Below the pieces are notes generated by a model. It ran no database searches and was not told the origin of the DNA. It was given only the letters and a program-made list of their open reading frames with translations. A DNA stretch of 64,000 nt, taken from assembly GCA_051294905.1 (NCBI GenBank), contig CM119376.1:29636001-29700000 (forward strand). The letters are read 5' to 3'. The stretch is from Botryllus schlosseri (taxonomy: Eukaryota). Below, in pieces: positions 36,244 to 49,522 of the stretch (position 1 is the first letter of the stretch; each line of letters opens with the position of its first letter). The translations under genes were made by a program, and so were the position numbers.

Positions 36244-37499
36244 CAGTGGTTCCCAACCTGTGGTACGCGTACCACTAGTGGTACGCGAAGGTCTTCCAGG
36301 TGGTACGCGAGTAGATTCTGTTGTTTTTTTTCTCGACCGAAGGGAGTTATTAGTTCAGATGGGGTTGACTTTAAGTTTTTTGAAGTCGTCGTGGGTAGGG
36401 GCAATCCCACCAATGACGGCCTACGGCAGGGATGATGGCCAACCTGCGGCTGTTGAAGGGAATTTGTGCGCCTGTGGACACGTAATTCAATTAGTATGTG
36501 TAGGCGGCTGTCGACGTGCAATTTAAATTTACGAATTGACTCCCGATTTCTTGACATATTTTAATTAATCTGGAAATTTTCTTCGCGCTGCGCGCGATTT
36601 AATGTGTCTTTATTTTTCGATTTTAATATGGTAGGGCCCCTTTCAATTAGAGCCCCACATTTCAAATTCGAATAGTAGAGGAATATGATGCGCCTCATAT
36701 AGAAATACCAACTCGGAAACGTGTACACCTCACTACATACCGACAATCCTGATAGGAGGTCAAGAAATAACAGCATTTAGAAATGTGACTAATAACAATT
36801 GCTCCACTCGAAGAGTCATCATCAATTAAATTTTCGAAAACACACCCTCCATCAACTCTACCGGTCAATCTGACCACATCCATGGGCTGAGAAAGGTTAA
36901 ATGTTTGATAGTAATGTGTAAAACTACTAATATTAATCACGAAATCCAATAGTAAATCTGAAAAACATACGCGCTTCGCGCGACAATTCCTGCTGTCTCG
37001 TAACATCACCAGTGACCCCTCGCGATATCGGTGTGTATAGAAACCCTATGTGATTAAATAGATTAGTCCGGAGTTCACCGGAAATGGACATAGACACTAA
37101 AATGTGGGCATTTAGCGTCCACCTACAGTTAACTAAGACTATGCCCTGGGATGCGGCCGTGCGCTACGCGAGTAGTTGAAATGCGGCAGTGAATGGCAAA
37201 AAGGTTGGCCACCCCTGGCCTACGGGGAAGAGATCTATTCGTAAAGCATTGGAATTCTTACCTAACCAAAATCCGTTTTAATATATTTGACCACAAGAAT
37301 TCCAAATGGATCCACTACAGAAATCATATACTGCACCTTAAAAACAGGCAGTTTATTTTCTGTTTCGCTGCCTTCGGCAGCTCAACCCGGTGGTAACATT
37401 TTTGACCACCTTCGGCGCGCGTACCTTATGTAGGTGGTACGCGAGCACTACATAAAACCTCGAAATGGTACGCGGGTGGAAAAAGGTTGGGAACCACTG
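36244..37499. mobile_element. hAT (Charlie-like) MITE, 1256 bp including a nested element
   Basis: TIRs CAGTGGTTCCCAACC / GGTTGGGAACCACTG; perfect TSD acctagaa; GGTACGCG subterminal motifs. Confidence 0.9.
36427..37217. mobile_element. hAT MITE, 791 bp, nested in 36244-37499
   Basis: Termini CAGGGATGATGGCCAACC / GGTTGGCCACCCCTG; perfect TSD gcctacgg. Confidence 0.88.
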
Positions 37500-38239
37500 A
37501 CCTAGAAGATCAATTTTATCTTGCATAAACAGTAGGCCAGCATAGGCCGCTAGGTCCAGCAGTGAGCAAAATGTTGCTATGACAATCATCATCATAAGCA
37601 TTCGAGTTTCCACTTGCGACACAAATTTCGCTGACGGCTCATACTCATTTATTCAACAGTTTGCCAATTAAAACTGCCGGTAAAACTCAAATGCTTAAAC
37701 CACAGTTTTCCAGGTTATTACAAATTCATTTAATTACCCCGCCATCGCTTATTACAAGCTGTACGCAACTTCAAAATTGCAACACTGGCAGATGTCTTAT
37801 CCTGGCAAAGAACGCAGGCCTACGTCGCCTGTAGTCGAAGATAGCCTATGTCTTGCTGCAGAACTTGGTCAACTGGATAATTCGCGTCGTCTAGAAATGC
37901 CGGTAATCAAATTTTAATCTAACTTGTGGAATGTTCCTACGCTCTCATTTTAGTTCGAATCTAATTTCTGCGTTTACCGTAAATGCTACAGAAGAACTGT
38001 ACTGTACAGTGTACACTGTAAGCCTACATACATTTGCCATTCTCGTGTTTATAAGAATGACTATATGATATGATACAAACTGAACTTGACTTTCGTTGTA
38101 TTCCTTTCTAATCCAGAATTTAGTTCAATATTCAAGTTTTTGCGAATTCAGAAAGCCTAATTTTAGTGTTGCCTAATTTGAAAAACCTGAAAATCTTCTG
38201 GACACCCAACTTTGGCCGAGCAACGTACGCCACTTCAGA

Positions 38240-41200
38240 ATGCATCACACAACTTCGTTTGGTGAGCCCCGTATCGTCTGCAGCGATCGCAAGAAACAGG
38301 TAAAACCAACTTTGTGGGCATTTGAAGTAACACACCACATATTATGTTATCTTCTGTTAATTCTCATTCAGTGTGCAATGCACTGTGTATGACTATTAGG
38401 CTACTTACATGTTATTTTATTTGTATGAATGCGTCAAGGGGTCGTTTGATTGAAAGCCTATTCCAAGTCGTTTCGACACCTTCCTATCTTTTGATTGTAT
38501 TGCAGTCTTGTGATGTTTTGAAACGATGAAATTATTAAACTGATCCTGAAACAGTTAGTTATGCATGAGAAGGATTGTTCAAAAATAACTTTTTTTCTTC
38601 ATATTTTCGCGCCTTGGCTAAAATTGTTAGGTTGCCTAAAAAAAGGCGCAGCCCGCCAAATTTGGCTCAATTCCGACAAGAACAAGTAAAACTATTAGAG
38701 CTGGAATATTTTGAATTTATTATAAAAAAATTACTATTTTTCAAATTTTACCGGATAATCCATGAAATTGTTAAGTTTTCTACAAAAACGATTATTAACA
38801 AATTTGTCTCAACACAAGCCCGTAGAAGTGAAGGTATTCGAGTTTTTCATTCATAATTCTTGGATTACCCACAGTATTTAGGCCTATTTTTTCAAATCCA
38901 AGATTTTGAACTCCAATCGCATCGCTTCTACCAGTTACAATTGAGCCAAATTTGCTTTGAATCATTATATTATACAACTTGGACAATTCCACGGGGTAGA
39001 GTAGTATTTGAAGAAAAAAATGAATTTTTTTTATAATAAATTCGAAATTTTCAAACTCTACGACAGGGCCGGCCAACCCGTGGCCCGCGAGAAGGTTTTG
39101 AGTGGCCCGCGAGGTAATTTCCGAAATTTCTAATATCATCAAAAATGGATAGCACAGATTGTGAACTTGCAAGGCCAACCAAAAATTTAATTAGTCTGGT
39201 CGCAACACTTGAGATGTGATGACTTCAATATCAGTTTCGACTCATTGAAAGATCCATCAACCATTCATATGTTGGTATATCTTCGTACACTACAATAAAA
39301 CAGAATAATTTGCGATAGATTTATCAAAGGTAAAAAATTTCTACAAGCTTAGCGCAATATGTTGTCACTCGGTTTCTTGTTCTCAATATTGTTGCCCTTT
39401 TGTGAAAATTGAAGAACACCCAGTGTATCAGATTGAGTCTAACTATATTAGCGATTACGTGACAAAGTGTCGTTCAGCATATGCGACCTTGCGTTTGCAC
39501 TGGCAGTAAGACCGTCGACTATGAAACCTAGACACGAAATGATTGGCGCATGTTGGTGGCAGCTTTCGATATCGATATGTCCATGCGCCGAATAGCCCAG
39601 TCCTCGCAAACTTAGCCCAGCGATATACAGCAGGCCCGCAATATAATCAAGTGACAATATTATTGACCTATGAACTTCAAAAAATTCAATTTTCGCGCTT
39701 CGCGCGGATAGTGGCCCGCGCAAAAGTTCGTCAATCGAATGTGGCCCTTTGGCTGAAAAGGTTGGCCAGCCCTGCTCTACGAGCTTCAATTCTCCTAGTC
39801 GGAATTGAGTCAAATTTGGCGTGCAGCGATTGTTTATCCAACCTAACAAGTTCAGCTAATAGACGCGAAAATATGAATTTTTTATTTTTAACATCACTGC
39901 TCTACATATGTAGGTTACTTTGGTTAATACTGCTTTACCCGATTTTGTATAGTAGTTCATACATATATGCATTTTTCAGACGGACGATAATTTAACCAGC
40001 TACGTGGTATGGTCAGCGGCATTCGTTGCTTTGTCTGGATTTTGGCCGTATGGATTCAGCATTGGAGCGATCAATTCCGGTTACGAAGTTATCACAGAGT
40101 CTTTTCGAGAAACTTATCAAGTAAGTTCTGCAGCCCGACCGATTAATTATTATTAAATATATGCCGTAGTGTTTTGGAAATACGCCTTAAGCTAGACGCC
40201 GTATTTTTTTAATTATAGGCCTAATATAACAGGATTACCGTGGAAGATGTTAGTTATTGGTTTTGTCGGTGTATAGATTTAATTTCTTATTGTCGCATTT
40301 CAATAAACATTCCGAGGAACCTGTACATTGTACAAACTACAGACGTTCAAATACATAACTACTGTTTTTTGAGTAGTTCCAGTTCTAGATGCGCATTTTG
40401 AACAAAAATGAGTTATTAACGAACAACTATACAAAACACATGTCGTCGTTATCGTGAATCGTGATATCGGCGTTCTATTGTGTGATGATTTTGCAGTTAT
40501 TACGAGCTTAGAGTCAACACTACTTACACCGCCGTAGCCAGGGGTCGAAACACCTCCCATTTCAAACTAGAAACTCTGTTCATTTGAAATGCCGACTCTC
40601 TCTCTCTAATATTTCTTAGCTCATTTGAAATGCAATAATTTGTATTATCGCAGTGCCTCTAAATTGATGAGTTGCTTCGGAAGTGAATGGATAGTTGTAT
40701 TTAAGTTAGTTTAGTTGCGCATTTTTGAAAGTCGTTAGTTCTAGTTCTAGTTCTAGATCCGAGACTTGAAGAGTGAGTTTTAGATCGATCTGAGCATTGA
40801 AAAGTGAGTATAGTTCTAGTTGCAAGTTGCCAGTTTTGAAAGTGACTAGTTACAGTTCCGAGTTTTGTAATGTGAGTAGTGAGTAGTTATAATTCTAGTT
40901 CTAGTTGCGAGTTTCGAAAACTTGTTAGTCTTAATTGTAGTTGCTAGTTTCGAAAAGTGAGTAGTTCTAGTTCTAGTTGCGCATTTTGACAAGTGAGTAT
41001 AGGTATAGTTCTAGTTGGTAGTTTCGAAAAAATGAGTAGTTCTAGTTCTAGTTGCGACTTTCCAAAACTAAGTAGGCCTAGTTCTAGTTGTAGTTTATAT
41101 TAGCCTACTTTCGAAAAGTGAGTAGTTCTAGTTCTAGTTGCGATTTTTGAAAATCCATTATTTTGTACAAGTCTGCCGAGGACATACAAAGTTATAAAAG

Positions 41201-44200
41201 CGTTAACTTTACCGACTATCAAGATACTAGAATATTTAATCTTTCGACAGGAACGATTGGGCACGAATGTGTCGGACGAGTTGGTGAACGGAGTATACGT
41301 GGCTAGCTCTGGCATTTATCCGCTGGGTGGAATTGTCGGCTCGTTGATTGTCAGGACGGTCGTCTGCAAGTTTGGAAGATTGGTGGGTCGTTATTGTCAC
41401 CAGAGGAAGACTTGAAACTAGCATTAGAATGAATGAATTCGCAAAAACTTGGGAATTGAATTAAAATTTCCGCGTTGTAAAGAACCAACAAAAATGAAGT
41501 TCAATTCATATCAAATCTTAGTTCATTGTCGTAAGCACGAGGATGGAAAATGTCTGTGGGACCATAGGCGCCGAGTTACTGGGTGGCAGCCACCCCATAC
41601 AAAATGCTTAAACGCCCGCGGTCTGTCAATTAGCGAGTCGGTGATATCGCGTGAACGCCAACTATTTACCATTTACTGATACGCGCGGGAATAGTTTAAT
41701 ACACAGCTTCGCCGGCGACGATTGTAGATTGTAATCCGTGATTAGTATAACCTCGTCTACGGCGTCTTTTCCGACATGTTTGCGCTGAGAAACACCATCT
41801 TCTCTCTCGACCAGACGGGCAAATCCACTCTTAGTTAAATTGCATTTGCGCCCATATTCGTTTACAAAATAATTCTTTGAGTTAGTTCCGTGATGGCATC
41901 TCTAATTGGAGGCTTGGAGCGTGAAATAGGACAGTGTGTTTGTGTAATGTGTATGCCTGCAAATTGAAAGTCATTCCTGCGCAAAGTGCGCATATTCATT
42001 ACTCTAACATAAGGCTTTGTCAACTTTTATCGGAAAATGCAATAATGCAGCTCAAACGTCGATATAATGAGTAAACAATTGTCGCGATGTCAGACTCGGA
42101 ACCCCATTGTGCTGTACGCAAGTTGGGGAATTACTGATTAGATGCGCGCTTTCTCGTTTGCTATCATCTGTAGGCTACTAATTCTTGTCTGCTTTATATA
42201 CTCGCATTCCCTCGGTGTCACTTGTCAGTGTTTGATTTGTTATTAATACTGCGCATTGTGCAGCGCACGGCGTTGAATTACGTTGTAAAATATTGATGCA
42301 ACACGAGATTTTCGGTGGCGCAAATTCTGAATTTATTCGATTAGTTTGTGCGCAACCATATCGCGGATCGAATTTCAAACCTTTGGGATTTGTATTTCTA
42401 TTGATAAGATCGCGGCATGCGCCCATATTGCTCTTGCTGCAATAACACATGGATAATAATAGCGCACCATTTTACGATCAAATTCGACTGACTGATCGGG
42501 GCCTACGTATTATGGATGCTGCGTACTGCAAATTAGTGAGAATCATTCGTATGCGAAATAAATCATCGACAGCTTATGTGTACTATCGTCGGTGGTTTGA
42601 TTTAGCACGTCCGCAATCCGCATGCAGGCCTGCTGCCGTCCGCAGAAACACGTTCGCCAAACAGTAACAATCTCTGAGTGTAATATTGTTTGTGTTTATG
42701 TATCTTTTGATTAAAACTTATTCCCGCGTCTAAACAAATTGCGCTCGTTGCCATTGCCGAATCTGGTTATTTAGATATGACTAGCGGACCCTGTAATTGT
42801 AATTATTGCGGGTTTGCGGCATGTCTGCATTTTCGTTATCAGCGCAACCTTGCCGGTGGATTGGACAGTTCGATAAAATTGATCGCCACTATGTATTTTG
42901 CACAGCGTACTGATGCTGATGTCAGCCAACTAACGATCTTTATTAGATGTACAAATTCGACCTCATCGTTAGAATCATAGATTTCATCGCGCGCTCCGAG
43001 TAACACCATCTCTTAACGCGAGTTAACGACCAAATATACGTTTACCTTCTACAAATCCAAGTGCATTATTTGCATCGATGAGGACCGCAAGCCGCGTTTA
43101 AAATATTTTGTAAACCATCTTTGTGATAAATATTCTCGGATCGCGAAGTTGAACAGAGTTTTATCGTGTGTGCCTGCTAGTTGGAATTTATTCCAGTGCC
43201 CAAAATATTATTCCAATTATGCTTTGCAAACGTAAATCGGGAAATGCAGCAATGCAGTAAAAATCGATGTTTTAACCAGCAACCAATTGTCGCGATGCGA
43301 GCTACCCAATACTAAGTAAAACACATTGTGTTGGCGGTAAGGAATAATTACTGATTGGCCGCACGCGTTTGTAATCATCATTCTTGTCTGTCTTTCGTGT
43401 TCCAGAATTGTCGCGCCGTGTTACTACTCACTGTGCTCAGTCCAGCGATGAATGCCGAGGGAGAGTTCGGCAATCAATGGCCTAATTTCGCAATCATCTC
43501 AGCGGGACATCGCGTCTCATTACATTGTGCGATATGCTGCGTGCACAGAAAAATCTCGCTAATTGTTCGCAGCCGCGCGTAACACTGATAATACTTGTTG
43601 AATCGCAACTGAATATTAGCATCAGAATGGTAATTACAAAAGGACGGGGTTTTGCATTTCAATAGGAGGGGGTTTTGACACCCCCCTGGCTACGCACCTG
43701 CCGCCACCCCATGCAAAAATAAAAGTCGGCGCCTATGTGTGGGACTGTACCTACATCAAGCTTGGCTTGTTTCGCACTATACAGTTCTTCTGTAGGATTT
43801 TCAGGAAAACCAGAATTTAAATTAGAAATTAAATCAGAGGATGGTAGCAGTTCGCAAATTAGATTAGATTTAGATTACCGGCATTTCACCCTGATTAGTC
43901 CAATTACACAACTACAATTATTAGTTTTGCACTCAAAATGTTCTGGTAATCATTATAAAATGGCACTGCACACCGACTCACAAACGAGATTTCATACCGT
44001 AAAGGATATACAAATGTCACCGACAATATTCGCGTTCATTTCAATGTCAATATATTATTCAATTGTATATTGAAGTTCTGTGCATCCAAGTGTCTCTTCA
44101 TATAGAGACATCAGATAATCGCCAGACAACTCATGAAAAACTTGCTTTGTAGTGTTGACATGTAGCAATTCCAAATTAATACATCACCGTTGTTTTTACC

Positions 44201-47200
44201 AGCGCGGTCTTTTACTGGGCCATGTAGCCACGGTGTTCTTTTCCGTTATTCTCGGCGTCAGCAAAATCTCTGGATTTCCGGAGCTCATCATCTTCGGCAG
44301 ATTCGGAATCGGAGTCACCTCAGGGCTTGTCAGCACAGGTGCGGATCAATTTTCGAAGTGCGGTTCTGTGCTTCGCCGATGCAGATATAGGATTTGGGAT
44401 TAGGACAATTGTTGGATTCCAATGTAAAGAGATGTGGCTATAGGGTTGTATGTAATACAAAATAAATTTAAAACAAACATGTTCAAAACATGGCCCTCGT
44501 TTAAAACATGTTTATATATTGTTTTTATCCATGATTTCCGTCAGATGGAAAATAATATTTAAAATTACGAATTCCCTGCTTCGTTAATTTTCTTCATCCT
44601 TTGGCAATTCGTCCTTTTTTACAGCTTTTAGAGCTAAGTTGATGGATAGATTCGAGTGAAAATGGGCCTAAATGACGCTAAACAGGAAATTCGTGGTTCG
44701 AAAGTAAGTGGCGACCTTTTTTTCAGTCAACTAATGGAGAATGTGAAAGAAAAACTGTATTTCGGGAGTTGAGCCGGAAAGTTGATCTATTTTTTAGTCA
44801 ACCAACCGCAAAGTCGGGAAAAATTTACCATTTTTCCGAATTTTACTACACAATTCTAAATCCGAAAATTTTGAAAAACTGTCCTCCTTTTCCGAAACCA
44901 AAATATGTTAACCCTAATTTTAACACAATTAAACAACTTTAGATGTTTACGATATTTTTTTTGAAATTGTATTGGCTTAAAAACATGTTTTAACCAAGTT
45001 CTCTTAAAACACCGCTTCATGTAACAAAGACGTGGCTGACTTCAAATTTGAACGTGGCTGTTATTTTCAGGTATATCGGTGATGTACATCGCTGAAATAT
45101 CTCCAAAGCGTTACAGAGGAGCGCTGGGAGGTCTGGAATCAGTAGCTATAGCTATTGCAATGGTGGCCGGTGATGCGCTTGGACTGCCGCAGGTCGCGTT
45201 CGGAAATTTGTAGAATTGCATTTTGCAACCCCTTCCTGGAATTCAGATAGGGTTCCGGGAAGGGGTATTATGGGGAACTGTTTTAGCGCTGACCCAATTT
45301 TTTTAAATTCATTTAATTTTAATTTTTTCTCGCAAAGTGATGGTGTTGCGTTGACCTTCTTTGTGACCTAGTCGGGAAAATTTTGTAGCACTGCATCATT
45401 TGGGAAATACCGCAATAAAATTAAAGTGATCTGGTACAAAAATTTTACAAAAAAATTTTGCGAACAAATTTAAATTTAAGGATTATCGGATGCGCCTTTT
45501 CAATATCTTCGATTTCAGTGGCTATAAATATGACTCAAAAGTGAGGATTGCTTCAAATCTTCATTGGTTAGTGACAAAATTTTATTCACCTTGAAATGGA
45601 AACGCTAAAGATTGTCATTGGCCTTTCATGGAGCCCTTAAAACAAGTCCCCTAACCCCTTGTATCGAACCCCTGACAAAAAGGTTTTGGCCCCAAACTCA
45701 GTGATCTGGATGTTCATTTCAGGCCCTTGGATCTTCTGTTTTGTGGCCGCTGTTGCTCTCTCTGACTGGAGTCTTCTCTCTCATCTTTATTCTCGTCTAT
45801 TGGAAACTGCCCGATAGTCCGAGGTAGGAATTTTCGGACCATGTGCTAATGATATCTACGCAGTTTTTTCGAATTTGTGTAGAATCAAAATGGTTGAATT
45901 CTCAAAAACTTGAAAATTGGATTCAATTCCTAATTATACAGAAATAACAAAATCAAATTCAACTCATTTCAAATCAGAGTTCATCCTCAAAAGCACGAGA
46001 ATGGAAAATGTCTGTACAGCAGCTTGGGTCGTTTCGCACTAATACAGTTCCCCTGTAGCATTTTCAGGAAAACCAGAAATTAAGTTAGAACGAAAATGAC
46101 GGCGTAGAAACGTTTCACAAATTAGACTACAATTATAGACTACCCAAATTTCTCTCTAATACGTCTCATTAAACACGTAGAATTATCTAGCTGTCCAAGT
46201 CTGCTAGTAATAAGATGGGTTGCTGCCTATGCGCTTGTAACCATCCCATTTGGACGGTATGAAAATCTTCGCATTGTCATCGAAATGAATCACTAAATGC
46301 ATTTGTAACGACAGAGAACTTTACATCGACGAAGGAAGAAAAGACGAAGCGGAGGAATTGCTGCGAAAGTTGAGAGGGACAGGGGATGTGTGCGACGCTG
46401 TTTTGGAACTGGAGGAAGAAACGAACTTTAGCGCCTTGTCGAAACGCACCCTGACGCAGGTGAACGAAAATATTTTTCAGCAAATTCGAATATTTGGTTG
46501 TATTAAAGTCAATCATTAGTAGGGCTGGGCAACGCATTTGTTCTGCATCGCATTGAAGATACTTTGGTATTTTTTCGACCATGCCCAGATCTTTACACTT
46601 TGTGGCAATGCTGTGGTTGGTTACGACTCCTCTTCGTAAGCTGCGCGATACGACCTATCGAAGTTTGCGGAATTCCACAGTGGAAGTGGAAACTATAATT
46701 ATCGTTGGTAAATTCAATCTATAGTGACAAGGGGCGTATAATTTCAGTATTCAGAAAAATAATCTCTCACTTCTCAACTCATCGCTACAGTAGGCCTACT
46801 AGAATCATTGTTCCCAGACCTACCTATGTCCTAAGCTATATAACTGACTCTAATTTAGAGGCTTTCAATCGATTGTTTCTTGTGTAAGATGAAGGTGCAT
46901 TGTAGGTGTTGCTGTCCAAGTCGTTGAGGCCATCCTTAATCGCCGCGGTCGTGCTGTCGAGCGCTTATCAGCTCACTGGAGTGTCCGGGGTTTCAACAAA
47001 TTTGGGAAGGATATTCTCCAAGAGCGGCCTGAGCGACTACGATACTCGTTTGGCAACAATAGCCGTTTTCTCTTCGATGATTCTCGTGCGCGCCGCTATG
47101 GTAACGCATAGTTTCTTACAGACTTGTACAAACTAGCAATCCAGTTATAATTGACGACTTGTCGGTTAACTATAACTACTGGTTTTTGAGGGGTACTGGT

Positions 47201-49522
47201 TCAAGTTCTAGTACCGGATTTTTAAACTGAGTAGGTAGTTCAAGAACTAGCTCTAGTTGCGGATTTTGAAAATTGAGTAGTTCTATAGTTCTAGGTGCGA
47301 GTTTTGAAAAGTAAGTAATTCTAGTTGTAATCGGGAGCTTGCAAAAGTGATTAGGCCTAGTTTTAGTTGTAGTTTGGAGTTTGGAAAATGGAATAGTTCT
47401 AGTTTGTACAAGTCTGTTCTCAGTATATTGTTTTCACGCTGTAAGTTCAAATCTCTTGACTCTTTCAGATATATTTTGTCGAAAAATGCGGCAGGAAGCC
47501 GTTACTTGTGATTTGTTACGGCGCGCAGACTGTATTTCTCGAATTGCTGGCGATTTCGATGGAGGTGCAGGACGAGGCCAACGTGGCTTCCTACGTGTCC
47601 ATTGTGGCTTCTGCCGGTGAGTAGAATTGGACAATTGGAGAAATCTCAACTTTTCTAAATTAGATTAGAATTAGAATTACTGATTTCGCAAAAACTTGGA
47701 AATTGAATTAACTTTCAAATTATATCAAAAAATACTAAAAAGAGCAAGTTCAGTTCATATGAAATCAGAATCCATCCTCATAAGCACGAGAATGGCAAAT
47801 GTCTGTGCAGCAAGCTTGGCTCGTATCGCACGATACATTTCTCGTGAGGAATTATCAAGAAAACAATAAATTAGATTAGAATTCGAGTGAGAGCGTGGAA
47901 ACATTTCACAAATTAGATGGGAATTATATTGTCGTTTTTTTCGTTCTAATTAGTATAATTACACATCTAGAATTATCCAGTTGGTCAGTAACGGGGTACT
48001 TCTACTTTTCGAAGTTCTTCAAGTCGACTTTGCTTATTTGCAATACTTTCTCAAGTGGTTATGATTTTAGAATACGTCTTCTTGACAGTCTTCAGTCTTG
48101 TAGGCAAAACTAGGCCTGGAATACTTACTTTTTTACTAGTAAATTTTTATTTCTACTTTTACTTTGGCAACGTCCTTATAAAAATTGTCGCTCATGACTG
48201 ACTTTCACGAAATGGTTCACAGTAACCAATATAATAACGTGCTCTAAACAATGGGTATACTTTAGATACCTCTATTTTAAATTCATATCCAATTTACAGG
48301 ATATATGATTGGCTTTTCCATCGGCGCTGGCCCGGTCACATTGATTCTCGTAGCTGAAATATTCGATCAATCATGCCGGCCCGCGGCTCTATCGATTGCA
48401 ACTGCCATCTACTGGCTGGGATTTCTCATCACGACAGTAGTCACGCCTTATATGCTGGTTAGTGACATTTTATCAGATATTTTTATTTTATTCTTGTATT
48501 TCTGCACGTGGTAGAATCAATGCATTAAAAATGAAAGTAAAACAACTATTTGAGTAAAACTTACTTACTCGAGTAGATTTAAAGCCAGTCAATTCTACTT
48601 CTACTTGGAGCCTTTTTAAGTTGATTCTAAAAGTACTACTTCTACTTGCGGCGATACGCCCCCTTCTACTTGAGCAGCTTTCTTGACTACTTCTGCTAAA
48701 AATTGACACGATTTTCGAAAATATGTAAGCTGATCAGTTATCGTGATACTTTGGTTATTTCACGAGGTTCTTCTGACCATTTCACTCACGAAAATGGCGA
48801 AAACTTAAAAATCCTCAATCTATTTTTCAATTAAAAATGTAAATATAAGTAGTTTTGCTGATTACAGTTTGCGACTGGACTGCCAGACTGGGAATATCAA
48901 TCTACTTTTTATGGCTTACAGGTAGATGTTATAAAAGTAGTCATCGATGGTACTCAAGTAGAGTAGAAGTAGAGCCATCAATTTGTGCCTAAGTGCAAAT
49001 TAAATTAGCGGAACTCTGAAAATTGGTAAAATGCGTGTTTAGTGGGGTTGTTATTTTTTCAAATTATATTGGCTAGTTGATGAACTTGTTGGCACAGCAA
49101 ATTTGGCTCAATTTTATGGAAGCTATTCAAAAGTTTAGATTTCTTATAAAAATGATTTTTTTTTGTAAATTTTACTTGCAACTCTGTTAGATTGTTAGGC
49201 TGTCTAAAACTACGACCGAAAACAAATTATGCTCAAGTCGAACCCGTAGAAGTGAAGATATTGGAGTAGTGAATTTTGGACTTGAAAAAGTAGTATTTCC
49301 GGTGGGTGATTCTATAATATGTACTTTCAGGAGGGGCTAGGTGGTTACACATTCGTGCCGTATTCCGTGATCAGCTTTTTGACCCTTCTCTTCGTGATTT
49401 ACAAAGTGCCGGAAACCAAAAACAAAACATTCAAGGAGATACAGCTACTGTTTCAACGTCGCTTCGACGACCTACCAGCAAATTCATTGCGACAGTCGTC
49501 TTTTATCATACACTTTGACTGA
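38240..49522 (+). CDS. SLC2A: Facilitative sugar/solute transporter, SLC2A (GLUT) family, class II/GLUT9-like; 11 exons, 509 aa
   Basis: Exons: 38240-38299 (first exon inferred, less certain), 39980-40120, 41251-41382, 44203-44338, 45071-45192, 45723-45823, 46315-46459, 46906-47100, 47469-47616, 48300-48457, 49331-49522; sum 1530 nt. Sugar-porter motifs: KFGR.RG, GRF..G, YIAEISP..RG.LG, LPDSPR, YQLTG, EKCGRKPLL, G.GPV..ILVAEIF.QS.RPAA, VPETKNKTF.EI. Confidence 0.9.
39064..39774. mobile_element. hAT MITE, 711 bp, in SLC2A intron 1
   Basis: TIRs CAGGGCCGGCCAACC / GGTTGGCCAGCCCTG; perfect TSD ctctacga; inserted in a copy of the AGGGTTGTTCAAAAATAAC family. Confidence 0.9.
40730..41150. repeat. 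Minisatellite, ~35-40-bp degenerate unit (TTTGAAAAGTGAGTAGTTCTAGTTCTAGTTGC), about 10 copies
   Basis: Tandem repeats visible directly; ends at a TTGTACAAGTCTG terminus of the MITE family above. Confidence 0.8.
41563..43737. mobile_element. Non-autonomous TIR element, 2175 bp, 8-bp TSD (hAT or P superfamily), in SLC2A intron 3
   Basis: TIRs CATAGGCGCCGA / TCGGCGCCTATG; perfect TSD tgtgggac. Splits an AATTCT-rich MITE (halves at ~41420-41562 and ~43746-43950). No long ORF. Confidence 0.85.
47119..47416. mobile_element. MITE with CAGACTTGTACAAACTAG TIRs and a (TAGTTC)n minisatellite core
   Basis: Perfect TIRs CAGACTTGTACAAACTAG / CTAGTTTGTACAAGTCTG. A longer related copy ends at ~41175. Confidence 0.75.

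Noticed and set aside
40525-43700. CGTAGCCAGGGG inverted termini bracketing SLC2A exon 3 (exon-capturing transposon)
   Set aside because: The right terminus lies inside a separate element with its own TSD, no shared TSD was found, and the exon is native to the gene; more likely two independent fragments.
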